Of a stretch of DNA of 64,000 nt, positions 48,112 to 56,281 are shown one piece after another; within the stretch, counting starts at the first letter, position 1, and every line of letters begins with the position of its first letter. The DNA comes from a virus. The notes beneath the pieces were generated by a model. The model was not told the origin of the DNA. It made no database searches and saw only the letters and a program-made list of their open reading frames with translations. The stretch is taken from the IMG/VR virus record IMGVR_UViG_3300045988_172839, positions 174,526 to 238,525 of that record; one strand, 5' to 3'. Both the position numbers and the translations under genes were made by a program.

Positions 48112-48487
48112 CTACTTTCACATCAAGTCGATGGTCTCCCAATAGCAAATCCTCAAGCTCTACTGTAAAACGGTTTGTAATATTTAAACCTAAATCCAAG
48201 CGCTCAACGATACCGAGAGAATAAAAAGTGTCTTCTAATTGAGGATCATAATCTTCAAACTGGACAATATCACCTTCAAAAATCTCAACCTTATCCTCAG
48301 AATTGTCGAACACGTGGAAAGACTGCATGGCATTGTTAGGGAATAAAGCTTTTGCAATAGGTAATCTATATCCTGTTAAGGGAGAAAAAATCTCATAAAT
48401 TGCTCCATTAAAGTGCTTTGTTAAACAATGGTCTGGAACCATAAGGCAAAGCTCTGGATCCCAAGCTCTTATCTTTGGTATAGTCAT
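48068..48487 (-). CDS. YopX-like protein
   Basis: IRAWDPELCLM ... VVGNIYQNKDLL. Confidence 0.5.
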   Translation of the reverse strand: MTIPKIRAWDPELCLMVPDHCLTKHFNGAIYEIFSPLTGYRLPIAKALFPNNAMQSFHVFDNSEDKVEIFEGDIVQFEDYDPQLEDTFYSLGIVERLDLGLNITNRFTVELEDLLLGDHRLDVKVVGNIYQNKDLLEGI

Positions 48488-48522
48488 CTTAACATCCTCC
48501 TAGGAATTCAATCTAACTGCGC

Positions 48523-48879
48523 TTACGGACACGCAACCCAAGTTGGGTATTCTAAGTCATACCCTACATCATTTGGTGAGAATAATACATCCTCAATGTA
48601 AGACTTAGAGTCCTTGTCATAGTGCATCAAAGTCAATGTCATTGAATGTTTAAATGCAATTCGAATGACTGCAGTTAAAGCTGGTGTTAAACCTGTTACA
48701 TAGATAATTAAATCATCATGGTCTGTAATCCCTAACTCATTGAACCTATCTACTACTTGATTTCTCAAAGTTTTAGGGTCGATGGGGAAAGTAATAGAAC
48801 CCTCAGCGAAGATGTAAGTTGTTACATCTTTAATTTCATGTCGGTTGTCGCAAAGACCTAATTTGTAAGTTTTAGCCAT
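48523..48879 (-). CDS. hypothetical protein
   Basis: 118 aa; AGGAGAA RBS. Confidence 0.5.
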   Translation of the reverse strand: MAKTYKLGLCDNRHEIKDVTTYIFAEGSITFPIDPKTLRNQVVDRFNELGITDHDDLIIYVTGLTPALTAVIRIAFKHSMTLTLMHYDKDSKSYIEDVLFSPNDVGYDLEYPTWVACP

Positions 48880-48920
48880 AGTTTTATTCTCCTATTTATC
48901 TTTTATTTTAAGTATGTTTT

Positions 48921-48949
48921 ATTATAACACAAATAAAAGAATAAGTCAA
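48921..48949 (-). promoter_or_regulatory. sigma-A-type promoter (TTGACT-N17-TATAAT, TGn)
   Basis: TATAAT at 48921-48926 and TTGACT at 48944-48949. Confidence 0.65.
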
Positions 48950-48952
48950 GTA

Positions 48953-49219
48953 TTAAAAGACTTGACCTACTCCCAACACAAGTAAAAGCAAAATAAAGGA
49001 TATCGAAAGTAAGAAAATCATACCGTTAAGACACCATTGAACAATTTTCTTCTTTTCTGCCTTAGTTGGTGCGTGTTTGAATAACTTCCAACAAATACGA
49101 AACCAACTCAAAAAGAGAAATATCAACAGTCCAATAAAGACATAAAGGTGTTGATCCATGAAACTTAAAAAAGCGTGTGCATAATGTTTTAAAGTGTTCC
49201 AAAGTTGTGTATAGTTCAT
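48953..49219 (-). CDS. small membrane protein
   Basis: 88 aa with two hydrophobic helices. Confidence 0.5.
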   Translation of the reverse strand: MNYTQLWNTLKHYAHAFLSFMDQHLYVFIGLLIFLFLSWFRICWKLFKHAPTKAEKKKIVQWCLNGMIFLLSISFILLLLVLGVGQVF

Positions 49220-49683
49220 GAGTGTAGTTTTTCTAAGTCGGAATTAGAGAGTAAGCTTAACTGAAAACTATCTAAAGTTTCCAATAAACCAGTGTTTATT
49301 TCAAGGTCGAACCATTCACCTTGAATGTTCACTTTATAAGTATAAGAACTGTGAGACCTATATCGTTTATTCAACAAATAAATTAAGCGAAGAAACAACA
49401 AACCATAATGTTGATCTAACCAGATCCAAAAGGAGCGCTCAATTAAACGGTGTTTAGAATCTCTTATATTTCCCCAAAACCTAATTTCCTTATTCGTAAT
49501 AGAAACTTCAATCGCCAACATATAGGTATCTTCAAATTCATAAACGAACTTAAGCTCATTACCTAACTTGTGGTTACTATCGAAATATTGGATACCAAGG
49601 AAAGTTAAAACCTCTTCTAGTGTAGCTTCTCTCATCAAATAAGTAAGGTCTTTGTCTAGCTTTTGTAATGTCTTTAGTGTCAT
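49216..49683 (-). CDS. hypothetical protein
   Basis: 155-aa ORF, 4-nt overlap with the downstream gene. Confidence 0.5.
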   Translation of the reverse strand: MTLKTLQKLDKDLTYLMREATLEEVLTFLGIQYFDSNHKLGNELKFVYEFEDTYMLAIEVSITNKEIRFWGNIRDSKHRLIERSFWIWLDQHYGLLFLRLIYLLNKRYRSHSSYTYKVNIQGEWFDLEINTGLLETLDSFQLSLLSNSDLEKLHS

Positions 49684-49693
49684 GAACTTCCTC

Positions 49694-50401
49694 TTAAATT
49701 AAAATTTTTAAACCTTTGTGCGAGTAAAGATACCCCAGTAGACTAGTTTGAGTCGCAGCCTCAATTAAAGGTTTCTCTAACCAGTGAGACAGAGAGTCTT
49801 TTCCATAGGTCTTCTGAGTATAAGTCAATAATCGAAGTGATTTTAGAAAATCTACTAACCGAATAGAAGAATCCTCTACTAGAATAAATTTCTGCTCTTT
49901 TCTAAGTCGGTCTTTAATGAAATCTAACTGATTTAAGTTCAACTCAGGTAACTCAGAATTAAAGACATAGTATTCTTTATAAGTTTCAATCTTCTGTTTC
50001 AACTCAGAATAACTACTTATTTTAGAGAAAATATACTGAATCAAGTCTTCTAAATCTTTAGTGCGAGTTGAGAAGAGTTTCATAATTGCTAAATCTTCAT
50101 AAGACAAAATCTTAACTATTAAATTCTTAAACTCGTTTAGCTCTAAAGCACTATACTCATCAGTACCATACAAAGCAAAGAAGGTCTTTACATTGTTTGA
50201 GAACCCCAAACTCGCTAAATAATCTTTCGGTAAATAATCGAGAGAGCCAAGGTAATCAATATCAGAGGTTAATCTTGACTCTCCTAACAAAGCAAGTGCA
50301 GAACCTCCTACAATAAGCACATCAACTTTTGAGGATACCCCTTCTGACTTTAAATCTAATTCTCTCAATCGAGCTAAAATATCAGATTTGTTTAAAAACA
50401 A
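49694..50401 (-). CDS. nucleotidyltransferase-fold (AbiEii/MNT-like) protein
   Basis: VDVLIVGGSALALLGESRLTSDIDYLG matches the GG.AL ... R.T.DID NTase motif. Confidence 0.45.
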   Translation of the reverse strand: MFLNKSDILARLRELDLKSEGVSSKVDVLIVGGSALALLGESRLTSDIDYLGSLDYLPKDYLASLGFSNNVKTFFALYGTDEYSALELNEFKNLIVKILSYEDLAIMKLFSTRTKDLEDLIQYIFSKISSYSELKQKIETYKEYYVFNSELPELNLNQLDFIKDRLRKEQKFILVEDSSIRLVDFLKSLRLLTYTQKTYGKDSLSHWLEKPLIEAATQTSLLGYLYSHKGLKILI

Positions 50402-50413
50402 TATTAGACCCTC

Positions 50414-50629
50414 CTACTCATCTTTTTGCTCAAACCACCCACCGAGAGCCATCTGTATGTTCAGCCAAACTTTATGTGGTAGTTCTTCTTCGCTCATATC
50501 GGCAGAATATGTTCCAGTTTCAAAAGCAGAAATCAACTCAGTTAATTCTCGATACCGCACCTTGTCTGCCATAAAGAGCCTCTGAGCCTTTAGAAACTCA
50601 ATTACTCTCTTGTCTTTCTCACTTAGCAT
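50414..50629 (-). CDS. hypothetical protein
   Basis: 71-aa ORF; AAGAGG RBS. Confidence 0.45.
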   Translation of the reverse strand: MLSEKDKRVIEFLKAQRLFMADKVRYRELTELISAFETGTYSADMSEEELPHKVWLNIQMALGGWFEQKDE

Positions 50630-50663
50630 TTAAAACCTCTTATTTTGCTTTCTATCAAATTTT

Positions 50664-50730
50664 CTATCTGAGAGGTAGAAATTATCGACCTCAACTTTAA
50701 AATCGAAACTGGGGCAATCTGGGACTTCTG
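50664..50730 (-). promoter_or_regulatory. conserved intergenic element, copy 3
   Basis: tatctgagaggtagaaat ... ttaaaatcgaaactggggcaatctgggacttctg. Confidence 0.45.
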
Positions 50731-50762
50731 AGAGTGCTTTGAGAGTTTTATCTCAATTTACG

Positions 50763-50786
50763 AAAAAGAGCAGACAACTATCTGCT
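50763..50786 (-). terminator. intrinsic terminator closing the tnpB-ncRNA unit
   Basis: agcaga-caacta-tctgct hairpin followed by UUUUU on the minus RNA. Confidence 0.6.
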
Positions 50787-50818
50787 TTCTTTCTCTGTCC
50801 AAACTGCGTTTTTGGAAA

Positions 50819-50888
50819 TGAGAACTTGAGGAGTCGAACCTCAAACCTAGACCAACTGCAATTGGAGCAACAGTTCTTCTAGTTCTCA
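50819..50888 (-). other. tRNA-like element (perfect acceptor stem and T-arm, no convincing D-arm)
   Basis: 8-bp terminal stem TGAGAACT/AGTTCTCA; T-arm TGAGG-TTCGACT-CCTCA; possible anticodon-like arm GTTGC-TCCAATT-GCAGT that includes two G.U pairs. Confidence 0.35.
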
Positions 50889-51149
50889 CCTACTTTTCAG
50901 TTCTGCTGAAAAGTAGAAAATATGAAACATCACAAATCTACATCTGGAAAAGGTAGTCTTTAAAGACTAGTAAAAGTCATGTAAGAACCTTTCTAAGTAT
51001 AAATTTGTTCACACGAAATAATCAGTTTCGTGCTATATATTTAACACCTTTTAGAGTGGTAAATATTAAGTTCAATCTAAAGAGTCTCTTTGAACACTCA
51101 TAAAAACCATAAAATTTAAACCAAGCCTAAATTTTTATCATCGGTTAAG

Positions 51150-51328
51150 TGTCGGCACCTTTGGAACCCTATTAAATAACCAACTACCAAAATGAATTCC
51201 CACTAAGGGTTCACCAAGTAGTTTCATTTAGAACAGCATCAAATAAATATGTACCAAAACTATACTCCTTGAAGTCTCGTTGCCGATACACCTTTGGAAC
51301 CATATCAAATAAATATGAACCAAAACTC
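51150..51328. repeat. three dispersed copies of a roughly 45-nt hairpin-forming repeat
   Basis: cacctttggaacc(c/a)tat(t/c)aaataa..accaaaa at 51150-51194 and 51281-51328, with a degenerate copy at 51231-51262. Confidence 0.75.
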
Positions 51329-51571
51329 ATGTATTTAGTTTGAAAATAACCTATCTATTTAACAAAGTTGCAACATGAATGTTATTGTCTACTCAGAAGT
51401 TACTACTGGATACCCTCAATGAAAGCACCTCTTATGTACATTGCTTTTTGAGCCGAGAATAAGCATCTGGTTGCTTAGAAGCAATTCAAACCTCTGTTTG
51501 AATTAACAACCTCCTAACGAAGTCTCCAAACGAACTCCGAAACAGTTTAAGGTCTTATTTAGGACAAGGTT

Positions 51572-53020
51572 TTAATTAAAATATTCTTTACCTACAGATT
51601 TTAGGTCTGTAGTTAGTTGCGACATTGTAAGCTCTTGATTGCGCAAAAACGTATCAAAGTCAGACTTACAACCATCAATGTCTACTGTTACTCCATCTAA
51701 ACCTACATGCTGTAACAGAAAGGCTGAATATAAGTCACGTTGAACTAAGTCATCACCAATCAGTTTTGAACGTGTACCTAATGAAACTTTGTTGTACTCT
51801 TCAGTTAAGTGGTTTAACTGGGAAGCCTTTACTTCTCTTGTATTTGCAAGAATAAATGTTTTACCTTGGTACATGGTTTTATAACGAATCTGTTCAATCA
51901 ACATAGACGGTGCTTTGTGTAAAAGAGTTTTACCAAAGCGTTTCTTAGACTGGTATTTACCTGTCTTTTCACTTACTTTCGTTTCCTTTGTACGAGCTTG
52001 TAAACCTTTAAAGGACATTTGCTCTACTACGAAAGTTGAACCCATACGCACAACTCTGTTAGCTAAAGTTTTATGAGCCAACTTACGTTGCTCCGCTGCT
52101 TTACGATGTAACTCACTAAGTTCTGCTTTTGTCTTCAGATACTCATTAGAATCTACCCAAGTTTGGCGCACACCCTTTTTAATAGTACCATCTGCATTGT
52201 ACTTGTGAGGATTGTTAGCCCTACGTTGACGATCAAGTTTGCGACTTAAACGTATAAGTTCTTGTTGATCTAAGTCAACTCCCCTTGCTAGTTCCTCTAA
52301 CTCAGTCTGATAATAAGAGGATACCGCAATCGTAGATGTACCAATATCAATTCCCACAGAACCTTCAAGTTCGGAAGTGTATTTAGTTGGGAGTGTTCCC
52401 TCAAAAATAGACTGTACATAGTAGTTCCACTCCCCAAACTCAAATCTGCGAACTAAACGGTTGTACTTCAAAGTATTACGTAAAACTTCTTCTTCAAAAA
52501 CATCGTTTTCGTTACGAATGGTACATGAAACTTTCTTTTTGCGAGTTGAGATAGTGAAAACATTACCTTTTATACTAACTCCTGTAGTTCCGCTACTCTC
52601 AAAGGAAGTCAAATTACCTCTAAGATTCACTTTCTCAGCACCTTTAGCAAACATCACTTTACTAAATGCACCCCATGCTCTAAAACCTAACATATAAGCA
52701 ACCTTAGAAGGAATATAATCACTGTAATTACGAGCATTACGGTAGTCATTTGCAAACTTACCTGCTGTGAACTTACCTACTAAGTCATACTTAGTACCAA
52801 GATCTTTCAAAATTGCATTACGCTCTTTTCCTTTAGGGAACTTATAGGCTTTCTTATAAAGGGGATCTTTCTTCATCTTAGAGTAACGTTTTAACAACGC
52901 AATTAAAGTCTTCTTGTAAATATCGTCTGCCATACGGAAACGCTTTGCAAACTGCTCTTTGTGAGACTTGTTTGCATTTAATTTACGAGTATAGACAAAT
53001 AGTTGTTTACCTTTCTCCAT
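51572..53020 (-). CDS. tnpB: TnpB-like RuvC-fold protein (IS200/IS605 OrfB family) lacking the zinc-ribbon cysteines
   Basis: GIDIGTSTIAVS (RuvC-I D), FVVEQMSFKGLQ (RuvC-II E), LVQRDLYSAFLL (RuvC-III D); the usual TSQxCxxCG position reads ASQLNHLTEEYN; strong AAAGGAGG RBS. Confidence 0.75.
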   Translation of the reverse strand: MEKGKQLFVYTRKLNANKSHKEQFAKRFRMADDIYKKTLIALLKRYSKMKKDPLYKKAYKFPKGKERNAILKDLGTKYDLVGKFTAGKFANDYRNARNYSDYIPSKVAYMLGFRAWGAFSKVMFAKGAEKVNLRGNLTSFESSGTTGVSIKGNVFTISTRKKKVSCTIRNENDVFEEEVLRNTLKYNRLVRRFEFGEWNYYVQSIFEGTLPTKYTSELEGSVGIDIGTSTIAVSSYYQTELEELARGVDLDQQELIRLSRKLDRQRRANNPHKYNADGTIKKGVRQTWVDSNEYLKTKAELSELHRKAAEQRKLAHKTLANRVVRMGSTFVVEQMSFKGLQARTKETKVSEKTGKYQSKKRFGKTLLHKAPSMLIEQIRYKTMYQGKTFILANTREVKASQLNHLTEEYNKVSLGTRSKLIGDDLVQRDLYSAFLLQHVGLDGVTVDIDGCKSDFDTFLRNQELTMSQLTTDLKSVGKEYFN

Positions 53021-53055
53021 GTGAAGAGACCTCCTTTCAAATTTTAACTGTATTT

Positions 53056-53084
53056 ATTTTACCTCACCAATTAAATTTTGTCAA
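53056..53084 (-). promoter_or_regulatory. sigma-A-type promoter (TTGACA-N17-TAAAAT) for tnpB
   Basis: hexamers at 53079-53084 and 53056-53061. Confidence 0.6.
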
Positions 53085-53184
53085 CAGGAAATTAGCTAAA
53101 TTTGAAAAACTTATTAAAAAGTATTGAAAATGCAAAGAAAATATCCTAAAAGTATGATACCGAGATTAACTTTGGGTGCAAGTA

Positions 53185-53216
53185 AAGAAAACCAAGCACC
53201 TAAAAATAGTGCTCGG
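53185..53216 (-). terminator. intrinsic terminator
   Basis: 8-bp stem ccaagcac/gtgctcgg (one G.U on the minus RNA) followed by UUUUCUUU. Confidence 0.65.
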
Positions 53217-53229
53217 TTTATTTAACTAA

Positions 53230-54078
53230 CTAATCTAAATAACGTTGAATTCTACTTGTAAATCTTTTAGAATAACTCATAAGTGGAGGCAACTCTCTCC
53301 AGTAACTCAGTAAATCACTAGCTTTTTCATAAACTTCTTTGCACTTCTCCTTGTTATGCTCTTTATTAAGGTGATCCATTTGAATAAAGAGCGTACTTAC
53401 CGTTATATCATTATTCCCTAACTGCTCTTCCCACATCTCAACTTGCGAAAGACTGAACACCCCATAATTGATGTAATAATCAAGACAACCCAACCTAGAA
53501 AAATTATCAGACAGTAAAAGGAACTCTGTGCCATTAAGTGAACTGTTTAACCCAAGTTTTCTGTAATAAATAGCTTTTAAAAACTCTCTAGCTTCACTCT
53601 CTTCTGTAGTCAAAGAAGGTAAAGGAGGTTTGTCTTTCTTTACTTTAACTATGTAGTACAAAGTAAATACAGTAATCAAGACTATAGACATGAAAGACAA
53701 TAAGTAAGGACTTGGCGTTGGTGCACCAATTAAAGGTAAAGCGAAGTAGAAACCAAAAGATACCACTGTTATAAATATAGCGATAAATATAGAGTTCATG
53801 TAATAAGTATAATGCCCTACTCTATGTCGATTGTAAATCATGTTCCAATTTTCATAAACTTCAACATAGGTGGAACCCACAACTCCTGAAAGGACAACTA
53901 CCATCAATAACGGTAAACCTACATAAATTACTGCATCAAGGTGACGATAAAATAAATAACCTAAAACAAAGAGGAAAACTACAAAAGCCAAAGCTAGAAG
54001 AATAAACAAAGATACAGCTTGAAGGTTTTTCCAATAAGCTGCTTTCTCTTCTTTAGTGGGTGATTTGATATAAGACAT
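53230..54078 (-). CDS. polytopic membrane protein
   Basis: 282 aa, about five hydrophobic helices in the N-terminal two thirds. Confidence 0.55.
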   Translation of the reverse strand: MSYIKSPTKEEKAAYWKNLQAVSLFILLALAFVVFLFVLGYLFYRHLDAVIYVGLPLLMVVVLSGVVGSTYVEVYENWNMIYNRHRVGHYTYYMNSIFIAIFITVVSFGFYFALPLIGAPTPSPYLLSFMSIVLITVFTLYYIVKVKKDKPPLPSLTTEESEAREFLKAIYYRKLGLNSSLNGTEFLLLSDNFSRLGCLDYYINYGVFSLSQVEMWEEQLGNNDITVSTLFIQMDHLNKEHNKEKCKEVYEKASDLLSYWRELPPLMSYSKRFTSRIQRYLD

Positions 54079-54198
54079 ATTCTGTCAATCCTTTCTCTAA
54101 TTTTAATTTTCAAGCATTTCATTTCGAATAAATGAGTTTATCTAATTTACAAAAACGAGTATATAAATAAAATAGGAAAATTTAAGATACCCTTGAGT

Positions 54199-54633
54199 TT
54201 AAAAATCACTGTCATATTGCAAACCTAACAAATAATCTTCCTCTATATCCTCTTTAACATGTCTATAATAGTCCCACTCTTCTTGTGTTACCTGCTCCTC
54301 GGTTTTATGCTGACCCATGCGACCGACCCTATTAGAAAACATCAAAGCTCTATCATTTATAGTCACTTTACCAACTATACGCTCCACCGAAGTGTTAGGC
54401 TCTGGGAGACAAGAAAAGCACACCCAATATCTTGGTTTTAGTCTGGGATTGAAAGTATAACACCTAGTTCCTTTTTCTAAAGTACAACCACAATCCTTAC
54501 AAGTTCGGTCTGCTTTTATCTTTACAACTTTACAGTTCGAGTTTGGGTCTTCTAATGTGATTTCATTTATCTCGACAATAGACTCCGAGAAATATCTTAC
54601 TCCGATTATTTGAGTATTCACTAATCTAGGCAA
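54199..54633 (-). CDS. zinc-ribbon protein
   Basis: CKDCGC ... CYTF ... VCFSCL; TTG start with AAAGGAGA RBS. Confidence 0.5.
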   Translation of the reverse strand: MPRLVNTQIIGVRYFSESIVEINEITLEDPNSNCKVVKIKADRTCKDCGCTLEKGTRCYTFNPRLKPRYWVCFSCLPEPNTSVERIVGKVTINDRALMFSNRVGRMGQHKTEEQVTQEEWDYYRHVKEDIEEDYLLGLQYDSDF

Positions 54634-54666
54634 CTTAAACCACGTCTCCTTTATAGATTTTTCTTT

Positions 54667-54695
54667 ATTATATCATAAAAACCTTGAAAAATCAA
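54667..54695 (-). promoter_or_regulatory. sigma-A-type promoter (TTGATT-N17-TATAAT, TGn)
   Basis: hexamers at 54690-54695 and 54667-54672. Confidence 0.6.
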
Positions 54696-54705
54696 GAAAT
54701 AGAAA

Positions 54706-54735
54706 AGAGAACCTAAGTTAGTTAAAGGTTCTCTT
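54706..54735 (-). terminator. intrinsic terminator
   Basis: agagaacct/aggttctct stem plus a U-run. Confidence 0.55.
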
Positions 54736-54952
54736 CAAATTGTATTGAGTTCAAAATAAACTGTGTTTATTGGCACACAGTGAACCACAACAGTTTTCTA
54801 TCTTGTTGGGGATACCGCTAAGTATTTTCAACCACACTAAGTTGAGTGCCCATAAGACTTAACGTAAAAATAAAACCTACCTATCTTCTGAAAGTAAGCC
54901 AACCTTAATTAGAAATTAAGTATAACATACTTAGTGAGGTTTGTAAAGCTAT

Positions 54953-55414
54953 TTAATATCTTGAACGTTCTTTATCCACCATCTCCAATTCATTTAAAAC
55001 TAATTTTACAAGATGATTTAAAAATTCAACTGTGGGAACCGCTTCATTTATGTATTTATTGAACCTTAAAGCATCATACGGAAAACGTTGTAAATAAGCA
55101 AACTCCCCATTGCTCACATACTTTTGGTGTTGTTCTTTAATAGCATAACCTAACTGAAACTTAGACTTATACTCTATTTTAGACGAAATATCAAAAATCA
55201 AAGACCCTACATTATGTGAAGTTGTTGAAACATCTAAACCTAAGTGTATAGCAATTTTCTTCAATGCTACCTCAATTACTAAATGAGTTATAGTTGCATA
55301 AACTCTGTAATCAAAATGACCTGTATTAGCAACCGAGTTGTACATCGAGATAAGTTCCTCACATGACATATATTCTTCGTAAGTAGGTTTTCGCTTATGT
55401 CGAGCAGCAATCAT
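54953..55414 (-). CDS. hypothetical protein
   Basis: 153 aa; 4-nt ATGA-type overlap with the upstream 91-aa gene (two-gene module). Confidence 0.5.
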   Translation of the reverse strand: MIAARHKRKPTYEEYMSCEELISMYNSVANTGHFDYRVYATITHLVIEVALKKIAIHLGLDVSTTSHNVGSLIFDISSKIEYKSKFQLGYAIKEQHQKYVSNGEFAYLQRFPYDALRFNKYINEAVPTVEFLNHLVKLVLNELEMVDKERSRY

Positions 55415-55686
55415 AAAATAACCTCTCTATAACCTAAAGCTAACTTTTCATCGCTATCATCAACTGCATTTTCTGGTACACCTACTGAGTTCCAAGTAGG
55501 CATTACTCCAGTTTCACGGTACAAGTCATCTAAAGAGTCAGCAAATAACTTACCACCTCGAAATGGGTTACTATCGACTTTTCTAGGATAAAATACAATG
55601 TGTACATCCCAAAAACCATTTTCTTGTTCTTTAAAGAAAGTTCTTACACCTTTCTTGGTATATCTTTTATCAAATAATTGTTCCAC
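55411..55686 (-). CDS. hypothetical protein
   Basis: 91 aa; GTG start with AAGAAGG upstream. Confidence 0.45.
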   Translation of the reverse strand: MEQLFDKRYTKKGVRTFFKEQENGFWDVHIVFYPRKVDSNPFRGGKLFADSLDDLYRETGVMPTWNSVGVPENAVDDSDEKLALGYREVIL

Positions 55687-55718
55687 ACTTAATAACCTTC
55701 TTTCATTTAATTTATTTA

Positions 55719-55747
55719 ATTATAACATAAAAACCTTGAAAAATCAA
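55719..55747 (-). promoter_or_regulatory. sigma-A-type promoter (TTGATT-N17-TATAAT, TGn)
   Basis: hexamers at 55742-55747 and 55719-55724; spacer nearly identical to the promoter at 54667-54695. Confidence 0.6.
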
Positions 55748-55942
55748 GGTTTAAATGAGGATACCCTCTCAATATCTTATTCGGTTTTCCCCAACGAGGT
55801 CTCCACTGAAAACCCTAGACAAAGCTTGTCAATAAACCCGTGGGTAGTCTAAAAACTTTATAACGCTTAAGTATACTCTAAGTAACACTTTTATATTAAC
55901 TCATGTTATACATGTGTGGTTTTATAGTCTTTTCCTTGACAA

Positions 55943-56013
55943 CTAAGGTAGCTGGATTCGAACCAACGATGAAGGAGTCAAAGTCCTTTGCCTTACCTCT
56001 TGGCTATACCTTA
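55943..56013 (-). tRNA. tRNA-Gln (anticodon TTG)
   Basis: hand-folded cloverleaf: acceptor TAAGGTA/TACCTTA, D GCC/GGC, anticodon arm AAGGA-CTTTGAC-TCCTT, T-arm GTTGG-TTCGAAT-CCAGC; no encoded CCA. Confidence 0.85.
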
Positions 56014-56208
56014 ACAATAAAAGATGTAGCTGATTGGTACAGCGCTCTTCCCAATCACTTGCGCCAAACACGTTCGTATCCAGACTACATCGTAACAACA
56101 TATCTTCCTAACAACGAGGATGGTATGTTGTCACCAAGTATACTTGGGGAAGCAAGAACCCAATACCACTGTTTCTCACCAGTGAACTAGTTTCTCTCCA
56201 TAATCCCA

Positions 56209-56281
56209 TGCAGATTAACGGACTCGAACCTCTGACCCTCTGATTACAAATCAGATGTTCTACCAACTGAACTAAATCTGC
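56209..56281 (-). tRNA. tRNA-Thr (anticodon TGT)
   Basis: acceptor GCAGATT/AATCTGC, D GTTC/GAAC, anticodon arm TCTGA-TTTGTAA-TCAGA, T-loop TTCGAGT; one mismatch in the T-stem. Confidence 0.8.

Larger units (their letters stand above)
50787..51571 (-). ncRNA. gene-free structured segment 3' of tnpB (omega-RNA/reRNA candidate plus extra structured RNA)
   Basis: no ORF; many stems (for example the 9-bp AATTCAAAC/GTTTGAATT); lies between the tnpB stop and a terminator. Confidence 0.4.

Noticed and set aside
50787-53229. IStron (group I intron plus IS605-type element) interpretation of the tnpB locus
   Set aside because: The region 5' of tnpB is only about 200 bp and is occupied by a terminator and a promoter. 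No interrupted host gene is visible, and no intron core was recognised.
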